Shown here: piece by piece, positions 15,826-20,000 of the stretch
How positions within the stretch are numbered: position 1 is the first letter of the stretch
How the letters are laid out: every line of letters starts with the position of its first letter
Virus record (IMG/VR): IMGVR_UViG_3300047550_002736
DNA: 20,000 bases
Origin: an uncultured virus (IMG/VR IMGVR_UViG_3300047550_002736)
Taxonomy: Duplodnaviria > Heunggongvirae > Uroviricota > Caudoviricetes
Reading direction: 5' to 3' (one strand)
Made by a program: the position numbers and the translations under genes
The notes under the pieces: generated by a model
What the model was told of the DNA's origin: nothing
Database searches by the model: none
The model's input: only the letters and a program-made list of their open reading frames with translations

Positions 15826-16692
15826 TTATTGTTTCCAGTTATTAACACAGTAATGTAAAGCTTCTTCAGTTGTTCTCATTTTGATACCAGTTGATAGTAA
15901 CTTTTCATTACTCATTACACAATTAGATCTTGGCGTCTTTGCAAGTGTCTTATAGAATTCATATTCTTCGACAAACTCAAAATTATGATCTTTAGCAATT
16001 GTTGATTTTAACAAATTTACAACTTGTTCAGTGCTGGTATGTCCAGTATTGGTGACATTGTAGATTCCATATGGAACTTTCTTTTTCATAGTCTCTATAC
16101 AAGCACTTACAAACTCTTGTTTGTTTGAAATAGAATTTTCAGCATTTAAAAGTTTCTTATAATTTAACATCTTGGAAAGATAGTTTCTAGAATTATTATT
16201 TTCTTCAAATGGAATTCTCAGTCTCCAAATGTATGATTTATCCCATTTGGATACAATATTTTCTGAAATTGCTTTGGTTCCACTATAAAAACTACAATTG
16301 TTATGTTTAAATGTAAAATTTGGCTCATCTTCTTCTGTGAATGGTTTTCCATCTGGACGAGTTCCTGTATAAATACACCCGCTTGATACGTGACCTAGTG
16401 GTATATCATTTAACATACACCAATCGGTTAGTATTTGAGGCCACGAAATATTACCGTGCAAAGTATCTTCTTTATGTAATTCACACGCATCAACATTTGG
16501 CTTACCAGTATATCCCGCAGCATTTATTACACCACCAACTAGTGGATATCCAGCCTCGTCATACCAATCTTCTAAATCTTGAAATGTTGTAGTTCTAGTA
16601 TTAGGCCATAGAAATACAGGAACTTTTTGTAGTTCAAGTTGTCTTTTAAATTCATGTCCTATATATCCGTTAGATCCAAATAGTATAATCAT
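15826..16692 (-). CDS. RmlD-like NDP-4-keto-6-deoxyhexose reductase, possibly bifunctional 3,5-epimerase/4-reductase (NRS/ER type)
   Basis: GSNGYIG, NAAGYTGKPNVDACE, SSGCIY, SFYSGTK (YxxxK), RLRIP, RNYLSK, PRSNC; lies between rmlA and rmlB. Confidence 0.8.
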   Translation of the reverse strand: MIILFGSNGYIGHEFKRQLELQKVPVFLWPNTRTTTFQDLEDWYDEAGYPLVGGVINAAGYTGKPNVDACELHKEDTLHGNISWPQILTDWCMLNDIPLGHVSSGCIYTGTRPDGKPFTEEDEPNFTFKHNNCSFYSGTKAISENIVSKWDKSYIWRLRIPFEENNNSRNYLSKMLNYKKLLNAENSISNKQEFVSACIETMKKKVPYGIYNVTNTGHTSTEQVVNLLKSTIAKDHNFEFVEEYEFYKTLAKTPRSNCVMSNEKLLSTGIKMRTTEEALHYCVNNWKQ

Positions 16693-17531
16693 AATAATTT
16701 TTCCAAATATTGTTTGTAATCTGATGTTGGCATGTTTTGAATTATCTTTTCAAGTTGTTGTTGTGTTATATATTTGTGTCTAAAACAATCTTCTTCAACA
16801 CAACCTACTTTTATTCCTTGACGTTCTTGAATAGATTGAATATACATTCCACTTTGAAATAATGTTTCAGGTGTTCCAGCATCCAGCCAAGCTGTGCCTC
16901 TAGGAAATTTTATAACATTAAGTTTCTTTTCTTCAAGGTATAAGTTGTTGAGATCAGTTATTTCTAGCTCACCACGTTTTGATGGCTTTAATCTTTTTAC
17001 TTTTTCTAAAACTGTATTGTCATAAAAATACAGACCCGGCACCGCATAATTACTTTTTGGTTTTTTAGGTTTTTCTTCAATAGATAATACATGTCCTTCA
17101 TCATCAAAATCTACAACCCCATATGATGATGGATTATTGACATGATAAGCAAATATGACAGCACCCTCAAGTGTTGGTTTCATTCGTGCCATACCATGAA
17201 ATATATTGTCACCTAATATTAATCCAACACAATCATCCCCAATAAAATCTTCAGCAATTATGAATGCCTCGGCAATACCTTTTGGTTTATATTGAACTCT
17301 ATAACAAATATCAAGTCCTAAATGTTTTCCATCACCAAATAATTTTTCATATGAAGGCAAATACTCTGGCGTGCTTATAATACACAACTCTTTTATATTA
17401 CAATTTATCATCGTGGATAGTGGATAATAAATCATTGGTTTGTCATATACTGGCAAAAGTTGTTTATTCAAGGTTTGATTTAATGGATATAACCTTGATC
17501 CTGTTCCACCTGATAAAATAATGCCTTTCAT
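16689..17531 (-). CDS. rmlA: glucose-1-phosphate thymidylyltransferase
   Basis: MKGIILSGGTGSRLYP, KQLLPVYDKPMIYYPL, LILGDNIF, EEKP, RGELEITD, AWLDAGT. Confidence 0.97.
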   Translation of the reverse strand: MKGIILSGGTGSRLYPLNQTLNKQLLPVYDKPMIYYPLSTMINCNIKELCIISTPEYLPSYEKLFGDGKHLGLDICYRVQYKPKGIAEAFIIAEDFIGDDCVGLILGDNIFHGMARMKPTLEGAVIFAYHVNNPSSYGVVDFDDEGHVLSIEEKPKKPKSNYAVPGLYFYDNTVLEKVKRLKPSKRGELEITDLNNLYLEEKKLNVIKFPRGTAWLDAGTPETLFQSGMYIQSIQERQGIKVGCVEEDCFRHKYITQQQLEKIIQNMPTSDYKQYLEKLL

Positions 17532-17603
17532 AACCTATTATACATATCTGAACAATTCTTAAATTACAACACACTTTGTTTTTATAATTAACTAGTTAGA
17601 ATT

Positions 17604-18593
17604 ATGAACGTAGAGTATGTAGGTCAATATGGAACTTCTGGTTATGCTGTCGCTGCTAAAGGTAATATTTTATATTTAGATTCACAAGGTCATAATGTTA
17701 CATTTAGTCCACTGATGTTTGATGATTCTAAAGTTGACACAGACAGTGATATTGATAAAAAAGTATGTTCAAAAATAAAGACCTTAGATTATTACGATGT
17801 TCAGATAATTCATACTCTTCCAAATTTATGGCCCATTGTTAAAGAAAGAATCAAAAAAAAGTTTCCAGTGAAACAGATAGGATTTTGCACATGGGAAAAT
17901 GACTCAATACCAAAAAACTGGATTTATGAAATTAATAAAATGGATGAGTTATGGGTTCCATCACAATTCAACAAATTATCATTCGAATTTGCTGGTGTGT
18001 CTGTGCCTATCACCGTTTTTCCACATATATTTTTAAATCAAAAACTACCTGATAAATCTTCAACGTGGATACGTGACTTTAATGGTAATAGTATTCCTCA
18101 TGACAAATTTACATATTATTGCATAGCGGAATATTCAGACAGAAAAGGAATTGATGATTTAATTGAGTGTTTTAATGTGGTAAATGATAGTCTTCCAGAA
18201 ACACAATTACTTCTTAAATTACACGATAAAGGTTATTCGTCAGATAATAAACGATCTGTAATTAATAGAATAAAAACTAAAACCAGAAAATTAGAAAAAT
18301 CAATATATCTTATAACAGATAATCTTAAAATATCCGATATACAAAATATTCATGCTTTGGGTGATTGTTATGTTAGTTTACATAAGGGAGAAGGATTTGG
18401 ATTATGTTTATATGATGCGTTTAATTATAAAAAACAAATAATATCCACAAACTACGGTGGTCCACTTGATTATTTAACTGAGAATGAAAATATCAAATTG
18501 ATAAATTATCACAAAATTGGTTCATGGGCATATCCAGATTTGGGTAATGCAATCAACAACATGAAACATTTTTATAAATTGAAAAACAGTTGA
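17604..18593 (+). CDS. GT-B glycosyltransferase (GT4-like)
   Basis: SGYA N-terminus, WE...P..W...D..WVPS, RKG, and GEGFGL nucleotide-sugar-binding motif. Confidence 0.85.
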   Translation: MNVEYVGQYGTSGYAVAAKGNILYLDSQGHNVTFSPLMFDDSKVDTDSDIDKKVCSKIKTLDYYDVQIIHTLPNLWPIVKERIKKKFPVKQIGFCTWENDSIPKNWIYEINKMDELWVPSQFNKLSFEFAGVSVPITVFPHIFLNQKLPDKSSTWIRDFNGNSIPHDKFTYYCIAEYSDRKGIDDLIECFNVVNDSLPETQLLLKLHDKGYSSDNKRSVINRIKTKTRKLEKSIYLITDNLKISDIQNIHALGDCYVSLHKGEGFGLCLYDAFNYKKQIISTNYGGPLDYLTENENIKLINYHKIGSWAYPDLGNAINNMKHFYKLKNS

Positions 18594-18618
18594 CGTAAAC
18601 ATTTTATCATTGTAGGAT
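18590..18618 (+). promoter_or_regulatory. sigma70-type promoter, leaderless geometry
   Basis: TTGACG (18590-18595), 17 nt, TAGGAT (18613-18618), 7 nt to ATG at 18626. Confidence 0.65.
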
Positions 18619-18625
18619 ACAAACT

Positions 18626-18811
18626 ATGAATCCGAGTGAATTTGAAAGAACAAAACCAACAGTTACAATGCAAAAAATCAATGACTTAATTCGTTTGATC
18701 GATGAAGAGCGAGTCAAGACAGAGATATTGTATCGTGATCGACAACGTAGTTTGGATGACATCAGTATCTTACTCAAGGATATGAAAAACAGTTTTAAGA
18801 AAGGCGAATAA
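18626..18811 (+). CDS. small hypothetical protein
   Basis: 61 aa, helical/coiled-coil-like, directly after a promoter. Confidence 0.6.
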   Translation: MNPSEFERTKPTVTMQKINDLIRLIDEERVKTEILYRDRQRSLDDISILLKDMKNSFKKGE

Positions 18812-18815
18812 TATT

Positions 18816-19277
18816 ATGGAGTATCAAGACAGACATACCGAAATCATTGTTGAATGTGCAAAAAAGATTAGACGTATTCAAGAAACTCAAATTGAACCTC
18901 TATTTAGAATCATTGAAAATGAACTATCAAATAAGTTTCCATCACTCAACGGAAAACAAAGTGATGGTGTAAGTGATTGGGCATGCGACATTCAGAATTG
19001 CGATACTGATGATGAAGTAATCAGAACTTTAAATCGTATTGATAATATTGAAAATGATTCGTGGAAGTGTTCATTCTGTGGCAAAGACACATTTGAGGTT
19101 GACTCTGATTATCTATGTGGATATAACCACTTGGAGTGTCAACTTAAACATGAGATGAAACCAAAGCAATCTGTTGAAGACCTCAAGAGACAATTTGATG
19201 ATATTTTGATTCGTATGAAAGACATTCAAAGTCATATTGAACGTATGGATTCAATTCACGAAGAACCTACGAATTAA
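18816..19277 (+). CDS. hypothetical protein with possible Zn site
   Basis: 153 aa with CSFCG...HLEC; tightly packed in the operon. Confidence 0.65.
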   Translation: MEYQDRHTEIIVECAKKIRRIQETQIEPLFRIIENELSNKFPSLNGKQSDGVSDWACDIQNCDTDDEVIRTLNRIDNIENDSWKCSFCGKDTFEVDSDYLCGYNHLECQLKHEMKPKQSVEDLKRQFDDILIRMKDIQSHIERMDSIHEEPTN

Positions 19278-19772
19278 ATGAAGGCGATAGTAGCAATGGC
19301 CCAAAATAGGGTTATAGGCAAAAATGGTGGATTGCCATGGCCTAGTATCAAAGAGGATTTTAAATGGTTCAAAGAGTTTACAATGGGTAAAAAACTTATT
19401 GTAGGCAAAAATACATTTGATACTCTTCCTATGCTCAAGAATAGAGAATGTCTTGTATTAACCAGACCAATAGAACAATTTGATGCTTATATAACAAATC
19501 AATATCTAGTAAACAATAACTCTATGAGTGGTCAGATGATTACTATGGAGGATGTTGAACTATATAGCAAAGGTAATACCGAAGATTTAATTGTTGCGGG
19601 TGGAGCTAAAACATATGTTAGACTATTACCATATATTACAGAATTTTATGTTACGCATGTAAATGGTAGTTATGATGGTGATACATTTATGCCACCATTT
19701 GAAGATTTGTTTACTAAATTTGAGTTGGTAAAAGAATTTGACGGGCACAAAGTTGTGAAGTATAGTAGGTGA
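19278..19772 (+). CDS. folA: dihydrofolate reductase
   Basis: IVAMAQNRVIGKNGGLPW...EDFKWFK..T...VGKNTF..L..L.NR...VLTR, AGGA..Y, GDTFMP. Confidence 0.95.
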   Translation: MKAIVAMAQNRVIGKNGGLPWPSIKEDFKWFKEFTMGKKLIVGKNTFDTLPMLKNRECLVLTRPIEQFDAYITNQYLVNNNSMSGQMITMEDVELYSKGNTEDLIVAGGAKTYVRLLPYITEFYVTHVNGSYDGDTFMPPFEDLFTKFELVKEFDGHKVVKYSR

Positions 19773-19773
19773 T

Positions 19774-19995
19774 ATGAACACAATTTGGAAATCAAAGGTG
19801 GATGAAAAATATGAAGTTTATGTGGAACAAAGTGAACCATATAAAGGTGAACTTGTAATCAAAGAAGGTGATAAAGAACTCACACGCAAGTTTGTTACAA
19901 TATCATATGATGCTAAGTTTGGACCCGATATAAGTGATGTAACTGATTGGGAAAGAGTGTGCATTGATTTCATTGACAATACATTAAATAAGTAA
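19774..19995 (+). CDS. hypothetical protein
   Basis: 73 aa starting 1 nt after the DHFR stop; another ATG follows at 19997. Confidence 0.65.
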   Translation: MNTIWKSKVDEKYEVYVEQSEPYKGELVIKEGDKELTRKFVTISYDAKFGPDISDVTDWERVCIDFIDNTLNK

Positions 19996-20000
19996 TATGA

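Noticed and set aside
1671..16592. Antisense/alternative-frame ORFs in the track (1671..1883, 2629..3048, 3191..3373, 3240..3422, 5665..5871, 5756..5953, 6731..6949, 7667..7918, 8353..8544, 8489..8671, 9133..9351, 9721..9921, 10224..10478, 10643..10846, 11529..11771, 13010..13219, 13389..13631, 13483..13758, 13985..14221, 16341..16592)
   Set aside because: They overlap better-supported genes, have no recognisable motifs and look like shadow ORFs.
14865..18593. Cellular O-antigen/capsule locus
   Set aside because: No flippase, polymerase, chain-length or initiating transferase genes; sugar genes are interleaved with phage-type hypotheticals and nucleotide metabolism genes.
19278..19772. DHFR as an acquired trimethoprim-resistance dfr cassette
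   Set aside because: No attC, integron or IS context; DHFR is a common large-phage gene; resistance cannot be read from the sequence.
1..20000. Stop-codon reassignment as in some large phages
   Set aside because: Recognisable genes are full length in the standard code, and TAA, TGA and TAG (6117) all end genes at sensible positions.
1..20000. tRNA, rRNA, riboswitch, intron or intein
   Set aside because: Intergenic gaps are short and AT-rich with no cloverleaf or T-loop seen; conserved enzymes show no large insertions or splits. A covariance-model search was not possible.

Overview
AT-rich, densely packed window with frequent strand switches. It most plausibly comes from a large tailed-phage (jumbo/T4-like-style) genome rather than a bacterial chromosome; this is inferred from the gene mix, since no hallmark capsid or terminase gene is present. 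It carries nucleotide-sugar and glycosylation genes (partial gmd, rmlA, an RmlD/NRS-ER-like reductase, rmlB, two glycosyltransferases), nucleotide metabolism genes (dCMP deaminase, DHFR, family I pyrophosphatase), an SNF2-like SF2 helicase, several nucleases (HNH, T5orf172/GIY-YIG, SNase, a degenerate HTH-HNH), a ClpP-like protease, an HExxH protein, a Dps/ferritin-like protein, a GNAT and many small hypotheticals. The main result is a two-gene operon, outer-membrane beta-barrel (DUF2490-like) plus PiT phosphate transporter, preceded by five Pho-box-like heptamers in exact 11-bp phase and a duplicated sixth box. This is a candidate phage-encoded, host-PhoB-controlled, two-membrane phosphate uptake system. 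Also seen: two promoter classes (four sigma70-type promoters positioned for leaderless or near-leaderless mRNA, and a recurrent ATATTTATA motif just upstream of start codons), an rmlC-less rhamnose pathway, a pair of distant paralogs of unknown function, and an unannotated 29-aa ORF. All family assignments come from motif recognition by eye; no searches were run.
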